NCBI GenBank assembly: GCA_036172245.1
Contig: JAYWIR010000048.1
Span: 62,001 to 126,000, forward strand
Direction: 5' to 3'
From: Raillietiella orientalis
Lineage: Eukaryota
DNA: 64,000 nucleotides
Shown: positions 38,881 through 52,400 of the stretch, piece after piece
Numbering within the stretch: position 1 is the stretch's first letter
Layout of the letters: each line of letters starts with the position of its first letter
Made by a program: the position numbers and the translations under genes
Notes under the pieces: generated by a model
The model's input: only the letters and a program-made list of their open reading frames with translations
What the model was told of the DNA's origin: nothing
Databases searched by the model: none

Positions 38881-41800
38881 CTCAAGGAGTCTGTGCGTCT
38901 GACTCAGTACAATCTTTCCGAAGTGCCATGAGGAACTTGTCGACTCAGTTACCCGCCTGAGGGGCTTTCCCGTTCGGAACGCCTGACGTGTCTATTCGAA
39001 AGGAAAAAAAATAAATAAAAAAAAAAACAGAATCCCCAGAAGACAGAGTGAAATGAGGTGAATTCCGTTTTCCTGAGGGAATTTACGTTTCATGCAGATG
39101 GAGACTTTTTTGTGTGTGTTTTGTTTTTTGTTTTCCTTCTTGCAGACATCCCGACGTAAGCGTAGCATTTAGCCCGAGGACACACTGGCCAATCTCTGCT
39201 CGTGTGCTGCGTGCCATCGGGTGAGCACGGAATTCCTCTTAGGCGAGCGATGGAAAATAGAGAGACAGAAAAAGAAGGCGATTCGAATTTCGAGTTTCCG
39301 GTTGCGCAGCGGAAGCGGAATTCCATTGTTGGATGACAGATTAATGCTGGCGAGCCATGCGACACCAAGTCGTCTCCTTAGTGATGAATCGAAATCCGGT
39401 TCTCGAAAATTTCGCTCTGCAATCCGTGCTTCCTGTTATGAAAAGCAGCAAGAAAATTCTGCCGTCACAAGATGTATGATCTGCCGGGTTTACTTTTTAG
39501 TGCGTTCATTTTGATTGTAGGAACGGTGTCATTTTTCAGATCAGGTCAGTCCTCATTGCTCTTAGCCGTTGTGCGGATGCCGCGAGCCTTCGCTCGCCCC
39601 CCTCCCCCCCACTTCCGATCCGTCCGTTGGGGATGCCCGCCGTGGGGGCAGGAGAGCGCCCGCGGGCACGTCGAGGTGCTGACCTCTCCGCGGAGGGGTC
39701 AGCTCGCTGGATCCGGAAGGTCGCTGCTGTCGCCTTCCCCCGAGATCCGCGCCGACGAACGCGTGCGGTGGGGAGCTTGGGTCTGGAAGGCAGGGAACGG
39801 AGCACGGGTCCTTCGTACCGGGTCGTGTCCGGGAGCGAACGCGCGCAAACGGCCGCGTTCTTCCTCTCCCGGGCGTCGCGCTCGCTCGCACCCCTCGCGT
39901 GAGGGGGTCCGCGACCGGTGGGCAGGAGGGCCGAACCGATTCCTTCGCGGGCAGCCCGACCTTTATCGCGCGGATGTGGCTCGTTGGCTCTTCCGAGCGC
40001 GCGCACGGCAGTTACCGCTCGCTGCCGGTTCGCAACGGGGATGATGTCGAACAGCTATCTCTCCTTCCACCGTTTCCATGGTTTCCAACTAAAGGGGGGG
40101 AAGGGGAACCGAAAAGGGGAATCGGGTTTTGGAGTGATTTGGTCCGGACAGATGGCTCCCGTGAAAACGCCATCTCCTCCTCCCGAAACCTTCCCTCCCT
40201 TCGAAAAGCGTGGGGAGTGGATGGCGTGGAGGCTCGCCTGCACCCTGCCTCGGGCTTCCCTCTCGGCTTCGCCCACCCAGGGAAGCCGTTCGCTTTCAGA
40301 TGCTCGCTGCCCGACGTAGGAGGACGTCTGACCGCCCGTCGCTTGCCCATCCCCTTTTTTCCCTCTTCTACTCCGACTTGTGACCTCTTCTAACAGTGGT
40401 GTTCCAGGCAAGATGACGGCCCTCGTCTCCACCGTCATCCCTGGCCTCCTGATACTCCAGGGAGCGGTGAACGTGTCCAAGGATGCCGGTGATACGCAGC
40501 TGTCCATCATTGGCGTTTCTTGCATGCTGGCCATCATGGCCGTGAGGATGGTCTTCTTTGGCTCGAAAAAGAAGCCCATCGCCTGGGTTATCGTCGGGTT
40601 TGGGTACGTCCGGCCAAGTCTTCCGGTGTTGTCGGGAGCGGCGTCGGGGTTGAGAGCAAGCAGCGACCCGCGTGCGCGACATAGCCAAGAAGGGCACGGG
40701 GGAAGGCAAACATCTTCCTTTTTTCCTCTCGTCCTTCCACCAAGGTCCTCTCTACGACACCGAGAGAAGGCTCCCGTCAGTCTGGATCAGAGAGGATCTC
40801 TCTTGGAAGAAGATGCGAGACGCTTGAGGGTACCTCCGCGAACTGTGCGCCCGCCCGATGAGCCTAGAAGGGTCGCTTCCTCATTACTTCCAGATCTCGC
40901 CTGTCTCTCCTTCTGCTCGCCTGCTCTCCTCTTTTTCTGGTTTCATCCAGGTGGGACTATGGGAATTCCGTCTTCTGTGTCCTTGTCTTTTGCTCCAGGG
41001 CTTCAGAAAGGGATGACGGGGAAGGAAATGCGCCTGATCCAAATAGCCTCCTCCTCCTCTTTCACTCCTCTTTTTCCTTTCCTCATCCGCGATTCAAGCC
41101 TTTCCGAAGGGCTGACGTGACCGCGTAGGGAGGTCAACTCTACGGCTGTGCGGCGTACCGACCCTCTGGATGCAAACCGACTCTTCTTGCTCTCTCCCTG
41201 CCTTCCAGGAGGCTCCTCCCCCGATTGAGGAAGGAAAGGGACTTTCCGTCCTTCTTGGAGTCCGAGGAAGCCTCGACCTCCTCCGAGACGAACCGCGAGC
41301 TGCTGCTCCCAGCCCCTCTCTTCTTCCCCCTTTCCCACCCCAGTCTCTCTCCTCCCTGGGTTTTCCGGCTCATCTTTCTGGAGCTTTCTTTCTTCTCCTG
41401 GAGTGAAAACAACGGCCCATGAGCTGTCATCTGCCGCTGAGATGCTGGTTTGCTCTGGGGGGATTAAGAGAGCCTGGGCTCGCCGCGATAAAGGAACTTG
41501 AAGAATACCTATAGGGGGTGAAAGTCCTTCCTTTTCCTTCCCAGTGCACCCTCTAACTCAACGTCTGCCTTGCTCTTTCCAGGATCATCCTTCTGATCCG
41601 CTATGTGAGCTCTCTCGGACCGACGAAGGCTCCAGCCGAAGCCGCAGCCCCAGAAGAAGAGACCCCACTGCCCGAGGAGCCGGTGGAAGAGGAGGAGGAA
41701 GAGGAGGAGGCGGCCTTCATCGACGAGGGGCCGTTCGCTCCTCTGCTCCTTTTATCCCCCGACGAGAGGACCTTCTGAGCGTCCAGGAGGCTGCGGCGCG

Positions 41801-43859
41801 CGAGCATGGAGCGCCCGCCCGCCGGACCCAGCGAGAGACAAGCCAGGGGACTCCTCCGGTTCCATAATCCCTCAAGGGAACGGCTGCGGCCCCACGACGT
41901 CCGAAAACAAAAGCAAATAAGCAGAGGAGCCTCCCATGCATCCCGATAGAGGAGCTGGAAGGGAGAAAGGGGAGGACAGACGACAGGGAAGGAATTCATT
42001 ATAGGAGGAAGCTCCCCTGTTGGAGCCTCTTCTTAGAATGGGGTCATTTTCCCACTGGGTAAGACTGGGAGACCTCTCCCCTCTTCCTGGAATCGCTGTG
42101 TCCTTTCGGAAACTTGCTAAGGCATCCAGCAGAAGGATAGGGCGTGTGTCCCCGATTGCAGAGTGGGAGGTCTCGAACAACCCACAGGGACAGGGACGAG
42201 AGCAGGAGGCGGATGAGTGGGTTGTACGACGAGGTATCGCACAGCAATCATGAAAGGTACCGAGCTCCGGAGAAGGGAAAGTATGATCGAAAAGAGACGA
42301 CCACTGCCGTCCTTGCTACATGGAAGGGATGGCGAATCCTTCCACTCCTGAGGGAAGAAGAAGCGAGGAGGCGTAGACGTGACTCCAGAAAGAACAAACG
42401 GAGAAGACTGCTGCCGTCCTGACACGACTGCGACCGAGTAGCGTGTACTTTTTTCGCGGGGTAAGACTGTACCAGCAGGCATGCAAGATGAAAGACAAGT
42501 GTGTTCATGTGTGCGTGCAAAGAAGAGGAAGAGGAAGAAGCAGAGGAAACGAAAGAAGAGGATGAAAAGAAAGAAGTGGCACAGGGAGAAAAAAAAAAAC
42601 AAGTGAAAGAGAAGGAGAAGAAGAGGAAGAAAGAAGTGGGTTGTTCGTCTCCTGCGCATCTTTTCCTCCTCTGTTCGAGCACTATGCTTCTTGTGCATGC
42701 GGCCAAGAGGAGGATGAAAGAGGGTCTCTTGTATCCATCATCTTCCCTTGGGTTCCGCGATCTAAATGGCGGGAAGAGATAGCTTCTTCTCTCATTTATC
42801 TCTTCACTGCACCGTGATCTCCTAACACAGCGGCTTGTCAGGTCGTCTTTGCGTCTCCTTCTTCCTCATTCCGGGAACGGCGGGCACCGCATCTTTCCCG
42901 CTCCACAGGTTTCCTCTCCCTCCTTATGAAGCTTGCAGTTCGTGAAAGGAGATGGCAGTGATTCTTCCATCAGAGGCAGCATCCTTCCTCGAGACAGAAG
43001 CAGCGGAGGGGCCAACCTCAGGGAGAGATCCTGAACATTCTCACGCTTCTGAAGTTGACATGTTCCCTGTCCCCTTCCTTTGCTTCGTCCTTTTCCAAGC
43101 GCCGGTGTAAGTTCCTGGAGCTCCCCGCTCACTCGGGGGAAGCTGTGACTCAGCCCTTGCTTTCCTAAAATATCACTGTCCTGGAAGGATTTAGTTTTAG
43201 AAAGGTTATCGTGGAAAAGTGCTGCGATTCGTCCGCCCCCACAACCCTCCGCAGTGCCGTGATGGCTCCAGTAGCTGCGATTTTTTCTCCCCTTCCCTCG
43301 ACCTTCGCAAGATCGCAGATGATTCGCTAGCCGCAGACGAGGACCAGTTCCTCTTTCCCTTCCGTTCCTTTCGAGGACCTCAAGCTGCTCCCTTGGCCGT
43401 GGTGACCACAGCCAACTTAGAGCTCGGTCGCTGACGTCGCCGGAAGCCGTAGCAGTTGACTCGAAACGAGCCCAACCGATGCGATCCACACGTCCAGAGA
43501 CCAGCAAACCCCATATGGTCCGCCGCAGGGGTCACTGCCTTTACGAAGAAGCAGTTGAATGAACGTGGAGTGGAGGAAGATCGTGAGTTAACTTTCGGAC
43601 CCGCAAGCTTATTACCAGGGGAACACGTCTTGACCCCTCAAGGTAGCAGCTCCCATCCAGCTTCCTATCTCTGGCCGCTCGTGCCCCCTGCAGCGACACC
43701 GAAGGAAGACTGCAGCCTTCCTTGGAGGTTTCACAAAGGACGCCACTCTGCAGCAGCCGTGTGTCGCTGATGGAAGCCGTCAAGACTCACAGTGTACTTT
43801 GCTGAGGCTCTGGATTGGTCCAGCGAAGGCAGTCCCTGAGCGACGAAGCAGTCAAAGTA

Positions 43860-44290
43860 CCTCTCGCACTTCTACAGATGCCCAGATATTTTGCAATGAT
43901 GACACTGCCAAAACCTGGAGAAATCCTTGCTGAAATGGCCGATTTGGTCACACTTGATGCAATGTGCTTTGAGGCAGGTTCCCACGCGGAGGCCGAACTT
44001 CTTGCAGCCCGTACAGAAGATGGGCTGCAGGCTGTAGCGTACCAGGGAATACTGGTCGCTTAAGGCGATTTCCGGCATCTTCGTGTCCGCGAATAGCTTC
44101 GTCTTCACCATGGCCTCTCCGGAGAAAATCTGCTCCATGTGGTTGCGGAAAACCACCTTTTCCACCTCTTCATATGCGATAAGAACTTCCACACATCTTC
44201 CTGGATGCTGTTGCAGTGAACACTGTTCAGGTAGACGGGGGTGGATGACAGCTCTCCCGATTCCCGCAGCCTCCTCCCGTTGGTAACGAT
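43860..44290 (-). mobile_element. L1/Tx1-like ORF1 fragment with three CCHC-type knuckles
   Basis: VRYSLQPIFCTGCKKFGLRVGTC, CIKCDQIGHFSKDF and CHHCKISGHL*KC. Confidence 0.7.
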
Positions 44291-45499
44291 GCCCTTTTTG
44301 CAGATTTATTTTACGTCAAAGGTTATTTCTCATACGGGTTCCCTCACCTATTAGATTTCAAAGATTTTAAAGGCTTCGACGGCCTCCCCATTGTTTTCCT
44401 TGCTGTGTTCGTGATTGATGACTACGAGGTTGCCGCGGCCGCATACGTCAGCGGCTTCGCCGTCGTCGTCGTTGTCAACTCTCACGCGGTTACCTCCCTG
44501 GAGTTGCCTGGCTGGCTCACCTTTACTGGCGTGGGAGTCGCCATGCAACGTCCTGTCCCCGGAAGGCTCACTCCTTAAAGTCCTGCATACTGGGCACTGT
44601 CCGGAAAGGGTCCAGGACTCTGGGGTGGAAGCGCATATTTACAAGCGGGAGGGAGGGATCTACACTCCGCATACATTTGTTAGGAAATCTCTTTGCACTT
44701 TTCAGCATGAGTCTGGGTGAACGCAGCCTCCCAAACTAAAAATTATGCTTCCGAGTAACCCGTGTTTGAGGTTATCGCAGAGGTCAGCCCCGTCTGCGTG
44801 CGATGGCCAAGCCTCACCCCGAAGGAATCGCCTTGCTGTTCGTCTCCCCAGTTCCGACAAGCGGTGGGATGAATTAATGAAAACCAACTTTTAACTTTAA
44901 ATAAGCAACTTTGAGTCTTATCTGTCCTTTTGATGATTTCTTCACCAATAACTTTACTGTTTTCGCAGTGTTCATTTTACTTTACTCTCACTCCGGCACA
45001 CCATTCGCATGGTTTAGGCGATCTTGGCAACCCGTTCCTCTTGCTGTCTCACTTGATCCGAATGCTCGTGGCGGGCGCCCTTTTGGCTGGCACGTCGTAG
45101 GGTGCCCTTTATCCCTCAGCTGCATTTCGCTTTTCCTTCCCCTTGTCCCAAAAGTGGTGGTTTTCTCCGTCACTTCTATTCTATTTTGGAGTTTTTTTTT
45201 TTAGAAGGGGAGGGGAGTTCTTTTTCTTGGTTCGCTCACGAACCATCGCTTCCCTGGAGAGGCTCACGCAGCTCTATCGCACTGTTCCACGCCTCCCGAA
45301 GAGGCTTGTAGTTCTTCAGGAGAGGGGGCACCTTGGGAGGGGGATTCGCTCTATGAATTCAGGAAGTGCACGGACAGTCAGTTCCTCTCGCGCCTGGGGA
45401 GGGTTTCTCGAAGGGAACTTTCACCCTGGTTGTCTCCGAAAGGAAACCGCGAAGGGAATCTTCTTCCTTATTCTCTTCAGAGAGACCCCCGGAGGGTTT

Positions 45500-46960
45500 C
45501 GCTTCATTTTTTCTTCTCCCAAGGGGAATCTGGATTAGACCCGCTACTGGGACTTTACTCTCAGGAGGAGAACGGAAGGCCCACTATCAGACTTGTGAGC
45601 ACCGCGTCTAGATGGCAGTCTGGGCCTCCTGGTGCTAAATCGGATGGTATAGCCGCTGCGTTTGCGACCTTGGACATGGCAGCCATGTCGTGGAGCACCC
45701 CATGATGCGTTCCGGCACGTTTCCTTGCCAGACGTGAGGCCGGAATGGAAGGACTCTCCGCTTTCCTCGTGTGCTTTCTCCCCAAGATACGAAAATGCGG
45801 TCTTCTCCTGGGTGGCATGGTGCCCTGGCGAAGGAGAACTGCTGGATGGCCTGCTGCCCCGCCAACTCTAACACATTACTAGAGGAAACAGTTGGCTCGT
45901 GGGCGAATATCCATAAGACGGGAACCGAGAGGTGAAACTACCTGTGACTCGGCAGCGACTCCTACTGCTCACTCCAGAAGGTCCTGGAGTGTTCTGGCAG
46001 GAGCACGGGGGCGGAGATCAACCCCCCCCCCCCCTTCCTTGCTGCAACGCTGCTTTTTTTGAGGAGGGCACTTGGAAACAGCCAAAGAACGTGGTGGGAA
46101 TCTCCCGCGAGACTGCAGGCAGGAAGAAGCTTCTGAGTGGTTGAATCACGGGGAAGCTGGCGGACGCAGCGACCCCGAGTGTCCTTCCACGAGGATTACA
46201 GTGCTGGGGCGAGCCGCTCGGCATTCCAACCGAAGACCTGGAGTGGACTCCAGTGCTGAAGGACACGAACACCCTCCCCTGAAGTGGCAAGAGTCGGCCC
46301 TGCTGTTGTTGCACTGGAACATCCCCTGCAATGCGCGACGACACCATTGGACTCTGGGTAGGTTGATCCCGGACTGTGGCAGGTAAGGCACCGAGAATGC
46401 CTCCTGCATCTGCTAATGGACTGTGTTGCCCTCTGGTCCCTTTGAGAAAGTTTTGGGACAACCCTCCGGACCCTAGTCGGCATCTCCTCCAGGTACGTTT
46501 CACGGCTCCTCTTTGTGCAGTCAGCTGCAGCCCCAGCAGCGCTTTGCTTCATCCGTGGGATTGCGGCGGCCTGGAGAGAAGCTGGCAGAGGAAGAAACGA
46601 GATGGGCGCCATCTAATTCGCAGTTCGCTTCCTGCGGACATCAGTCGGATGGCCCCACCTGGGAATTATCCGGACGGGCCTTGCTGGCATCCTGGAACGG
46701 ATGCAGACTCCCTCCAGAGAACAGTGATCCCTTCCAGACCCTCCCAAGTGTTTCTGTTTATTTTTATTTATTTATTTATTTTTCATTTTTTGCTTTCTCC
46801 CATCCTCCCCTCCGCTGCCGAGGTGAGCCCTCCGGCCTGCGTATCGGTGGCCCGGCAGGTCCATGGTTGAGATGGCCTTAGAGGGGCCTCGTACCACGAA
46901 AGCTGTAACTTTGTTGTTATCAATAAACGACACGGAGCGACCGGGTGACAGCTCCGGAGG
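45500..46960 (+). mobile_element. Family A non-LTR 3' part
   Basis: LKWQESALLLLHWNIPCNARRHHW...PDCGR, HLLMDC, RGIAAAW and RWPHLG remnants, then a T-rich UTR and AATAAA at 46922-46927. The 5' boundary is approximate. Confidence 0.72.
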
Positions 46961-47439
46961 GAACCCGCAAGGGATCCGCTCCCTGTCTTCTCCTCTGAAG
47001 AGAACCCCGAAGGGACGCTTCCGAAATTCAGAAGGGCGTTTATTACCCGAAGGGATCAACTCGCTTCTTTGCACTCTCTGGAGAGGTGGTAACACACCTA
47101 CTCCATGGTCAGACACGGAGGGTCTCCCCCGGAGGGGAGAGTCCACTCCTTTCCACAAGAGGAGGGGAACTCCCACTCCTTGATTCCTTGTCGACTGTCG
47201 ACTCCCAATCCCGGCCATTCATCGGGGCGTCCGGTTTGAACCGCTAACAGTGCCGCATTCGAATGAATAGAGGCCGACCAGCGTCATCTCGCGGGAGGAA
47301 CTCGAAACTCGCGACGCAACCCCCATCTCTCGGCGTCGATTCTTTCCGAGTATTCGAGTCCGTGACGCCTGGTGCTACGCGCTGAGATCGCGACTACACG
47401 GCCTCCGATGCGTTCTCTTTTTGCATTGCCTCGACGGCT

Positions 47440-47600
47440 GGCAAATGTAGCCCCACTGAGGTCCCCTGGTCAACTTTGGATGAAGTGACCACTCTGGCCA
47501 CAAAGCAGCACCGTGCCGTGGAGCAAGCGCTCCAGTGGCGTACGAGACCTCGCCCCCTCGGGCGGAACGCAACACCGGCTGCGCTGTTGATATGACGTCT
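47440..47600 (-). mobile_element. Possible CCHC-knuckle ORF1 remnant
   Basis: LLCGQSGHFIQS*P resembles a decayed CxxCxxxGHxxxxC knuckle. Confidence 0.3.
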
Positions 47601-48119
47601 TGGGAAGAGGCGTCGATGCTTGCCGCTCTCGAAATGCAGGCGTCTTCGCGGATTGCAATCCAGGAGCCGCCGGCGCCGCCGCCTGTCCGGGCGAAGGCCT
47701 CGGTCCACGTGGCTTCCAAAATCCGAACATCCACGAGTTGGGGTCAGACGACCCCGAACCGCCGCTCGTGGTCGAGCGTTCGCTGTCCTCGGGTGGAAGG
47801 TGTTTCATTCGAGACGGTCACGTGTTCCACGGACGTGAGCGGGAGCGTGGCTAGCGCCAGGTGTATTGCGAATCCAGTCGGCGACGGGGTGTTCTCCTTG
47901 CATTAGGTCAAAGTTCACCTTTCATTTTTCCATTTTTTTTCGGTTACTACGAAAACCTAAAAGCAGGTTTTTGCGACGAAACATCCAAATATGGACATTT
48001 CTACCTCCCAATTGTGGATTGCTGTCGACGCGACAGTATCCTGGAGGCTGCGATGCTCTCAAGCAGCTGCCCTCCCTCACTCGGCCCCGGGGCGTCTCTT
48101 GCGTCGGATGAACATGCAA

Positions 48120-48720
48120 AGGCAGTGAGTGAGTGAGTAGTGGGGCTATCGCTCCTACCACGTTCATTTGGCCGAAGAACCTGCCGAGATGCCCGGGTAC
48201 GCTGACCGGCGAGGATCGCTTCAGCGGCAGAGGGGAGGGGAGCAAGCAAAAAGAAAAATAAATTAAATAAAAAAGTTATAAATAAACAAAAAAACACTCT
48301 CTGGGGTTCGGGAAGGGGTCACTGTTCGCTTAGGCGTGTCTTCTGCATCCCTCCAAGGATGCTGCAAGCTCAGGTTGCACACTTTCCAAACGGGACCGTC
48401 TCGATGCCATCCTCAAGAAGCGGACCGCGAAATGGATGGCTCCCCTGTCGTTCTCGCCTCTCTCGATGGCGCTCCAGGTAGCCACAATCCCGCGCAGGCA
48501 GCAGAAGGCTGTTAGGGATGAGGCTGGAGGTAGGGAATCTCGCACGAAGAGGTTTTTCAGAACGTTTATGGGGCTGCCGTTGGGGTGGGGTGGGGGGGCT
48601 AGGGTCGCGGTAAAATGTTCTCACTGGGACCGGAGGGCAACACAGTCAACGAGAAGGTGCAGGAGGGATTCTGGCTCTCTCCGCATGTGCCACAGTTTCG
48701 ACTTGCACACCCCCGAGATC
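48120..48720 (-). mobile_element. Family A non-LTR 3' end
   Basis: ESLLHLLVDC and LPPASSLTAFCCLRGIVATWS...AIHFAVRFLRMASRRSRLESVQPELAASL, followed by a T-rich and structured UTR. Confidence 0.75.
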
Positions 48721-48934
48721 AGCGAACACTTTGCCGAGAGAAACAGAAAGCTCACAGGAAACAGATGAAGGAGGGGGAGGAGAGAGGGTGAGCAAATAAC
48801 ACAAGAAAAATTATACATATGCATACGTCGCACACACACATACATGCACGCACATCCAAAAAGTATCACAAAAGGTTGGAGTGCACGGGAAGGGATAAGA
48901 GGTTGGGTCCTCTCTTGCGTCCCCTGCGTCCCGT

Positions 48935-49440
48935 GCAGCCTCAACACACGGTTGCTCCAGGGCTTCTATTTATATAGAAAATAGACAGGTCACTGGCAGG
49001 GCACTTGATCCTGCCACGTCACAAATATAAGACGAACCTACCCATAACGGACATGCATGCCGGCGAGGTTCGCCTATGCAGCGGGGGGGCGGGACGAACA
49101 AAAATAAAAATAAAGCAGAAAAAATAAGTACCAAAAAAAATTGGGAGGATTCGAGAAGGGATCACAGGTTGCTGGAGGGCGGCCTCTGCATCCTCCGCAG
49201 CATGCCGGCAAGTTCCTGTTTTTTATCATTCTCATTTGGGGCCATCTCGACACTATCCTCATGAAGAGCATTGCAAAATGGATGGCGTCCTGATCGCCCT
49301 GGCCCCCTCCGGCGTTGTTGCTCCACGCAGCTACGATTCCGCGCAGCCAAGTGCTGCTCGGGGTGCGACTGGCGTGAGAAAGAGGAGCAAAGAGGCACTT
49401 TGTAACGTCTCTGATGGTACCTTTGGGCTTGAGATCGAAA
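48935..49440 (-). mobile_element. Family A non-LTR 3' end
   Basis: LRGIVAAWSNNAGGGQGDQDAIHFAMLFMRIVSRWPQM and KQELAGMLRRMQR, followed by a structured UTR. Confidence 0.75.
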
Positions 49441-52400
49441 GTATGCACAAGTTTGCAATATATGTTACATATACATTTGCTAGTGTTTGGTTGTAATGCT
49501 CGATGTTTCTTTGGTTCTGTGTCTTCCGCTGACGTTCAATGAAGCATTTTCTTCCGTGTGCAAAGCCACGTGCGGGTTCCGAGTCGCCCTGTTTATTTTG
49601 AATAGGGGGAAGGGCTCCCCATTCCTGGCTCCTTCGTGCCTCCCCGTTGAAAAAATTCATAGGAATGTCTCGATGGACCTCGAAGAGCTGGAACAGTGGG
49701 TTTCACAGTGCATCATGCGAAGTAAATCGAAAAGCCAATGTCCTTCCAACGTAAGAACTGCCAACCTGTGTTTTCCTTCATTGCAGTTTTCTCCGATTCG
49801 GCCAGGTCGGAATCCGTTGCAAATAATAGCGTCCAGCCCCCCCACCCGGGCAAAACGTGCACATGATGACTCCTTATTCTCGGAATTTTCGCCGAAAGCA
49901 ACTTCGGAACGCATCCTTCGTCACCCCTCGTCGTGACCTGACTTTCTATGCCACCTGTCAATTCGGTTTTCTTTAAGGAACCCAAGTGTGAAGCATGGAG
50001 ATGAGCACACAGCCACGGTTGCAGAACTTTCACTGTGGCCACTTTAGGTCAGGATTTTCGATTCAAGAGAGGCACTGAATGACGACGACGACGACGATGA
50101 TGATGCAAATTCCAAGAACCGAAAAATGAAAATACGAAGATTTTAACGTGGGTACCATTTGCTCTGCGATTCTTTGCAAGCGGAAATCAAATAAAATACA
50201 TTGCATCAGCGTGCGATCATGGAAATATAAAGAGTGTTTCTGCATTGCATATGGATCAAAAGGAACATTCTGAAACTTTTTAACGGCGTTGCTTTCAACA
50301 AAATTATGGTAATTTTATGGGCTGAAATTGAAATAGGGCCATCCATGCAGAGGAACGCAACGCTGGAAGTAAATTCCTAATACTCGGATGCTGTGCTCGC
50401 TATCAATTTTCATCTCCTGAAAATGTGTTTGCAAGTGACACTCATGTGTGAAACAATTCAGAAATATCTACCTGGCGTCATCTTTATGGCTTCCACGCCC
50501 ATTAAAATTTATAAATGCAATGTAGCGTGACGCGTCGCGTCCCCCGTTGCAGATCGCTTCGGCTTTGAAGTTCATCTGAAAACTGCAAAGGTTTCCCTTG
50601 GGTGTCACAGATAAGTTCGGAAACGTGGGAATCGGGATGCCAGGACTCCAGCGTGCCTGGATGTGGCAAAAGTGGTTTCGGACGACGGCGTCGGCGTGTC
50701 GAAATTCGCTCGAGGGAGATTTTCAAAAGTGGGCAGGGAGGGGGAGGGGAGGGGAATCTCGAAACGCGGACCATCTTTCTGCAAACACGAGCGAGGGGGA
50801 GGAGGAAAAGCGACGCTCAGGATGCAGACAACCGACCCCTGAGAGGTTTGTCTTTTTTCTTCCTCCTCTTCCTCAAGGACGCTTCGCGTGCTGCGTGTGG
50901 ATGCGTGGGATGAGGTGAGCACGAGGTTTCGAGGAAATGTACCAAAATGCAAATCAGTGCAATGGCCGTCGAACGTATTGGAGGAAATCGGTTTCATCTT
51001 GTACGCAGAGCGCGTAGCCGTGATACGAGGTGTACATGAAGCGTTCACTTGCCATTGCTGCGTTGCCCTGTGGTCCGGGAGAACCTATCGAAAATCGCTT
51101 CCACCTATCAGTCCAGCAGTCCAGGGTCCGAACAGAATGCTACGTTAGTGGAGAACGAGCTGTAGCGGCCTTTATTTCAGAATGGCCCATAACGAGTGCG
51201 TGCAGGAAAACGAGCAGCAGTAGTATAGTAGGAATAGGTAATCATCATATGCAATGAAAATTAGGATCGCATGCACGAGACCTTCCGTTTTTTTGATAAA
51301 GCTGATCGCCTCGAAAGACGTCCCAAATCAAAAAAAGACCAAATTTCTGAAATCACTTCTTGGAGGTCTAGGAAATTGAGATTTTTTTTTTTTTTTTAAA
51401 AAAAAAAATGTTCCTCCTGAATTACCTCCTAGAACATAATGGATACTAAATATCGGAATCATTGTCACTCGGAGAACTTTACATTTCAGCTGGATCCGTA
51501 GTTCCTCCGTGCTCAGGAACCGGTCCAGCAGCAGGAAGAAGGCACTCTTGCCAGTCCTCGGTAGTTCTCCATCGTCCTGGACAGCGAGAAAGCCAACGAA
51601 GCAGCTGTCCTTGACCGCTCTTGAAAAGCACGTGGCAGCGTGAAGGCCTATCATTTCATGGAGAGCCACCCTTCTTCCGTGTTTTGTTTTGTTTTTTCCC
51701 CCTTCCTTCCTTCTTCTTCTTCCTCGCCATTTCCGACTGGGTTGCAAAGTCCGACGGTAAGGCACGACTGGGAGCGAGGTGGCCAATTGTGAGAATTGCA
51801 CTGCAGTGTCCGTCGACAAGGGAACGACCGACTTTGGGCGTTTCTTCCTCCCCACCTTATCGTCCTGCCCTCGTAAGTAAGCTATGGGAGATCGGAACAG
51901 CTGTGCCATACATACCATGAGGGAAAAGAATGTATTAACATATACATATGTGTGTGTGTGTATGAGCACGTAAATGTTTCTCGTGCTCGGTTCTGATTGC
52001 CAGTTTGCGGGAACGAAATGAAGAAAATGCGTTTGCGGTCCGAGGCAAGACTTTGAAAAAGGTCGAGAAGGCCGCACGGAAGATAATGGTGGCACATTGT
52101 GTTTGCAAGGAAACTGCGAGTTGGCCCTAAATCTTGCAGACACGCGTCACCTCCCTTGGCTGTCGGCAGGTCCCGTGGGACGAACCCGAAAACACACACC
52201 TCTGTGGCCTTTGAGATCTGCTTGCTTCGCCTCCACCACGCCAGGATACGCAGGCAGCCACGCAGGGTGTAATTAAGAGAAAAACAAGAAAATTCGACCG
52301 AAAACTGAAATTTCACTCTCCGCCTTTCAATCACAGAACTTGAAACGCAGACACAAGTGTTCTCCAGAAATGTTTTCTTCATCTGGTGTTTCCTATCTCA

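Noticed and set aside
42501..42782. Glu/Lys-rich ORF
   Set aside because: It is explained by a purine-rich low-complexity tract, with no coding evidence.
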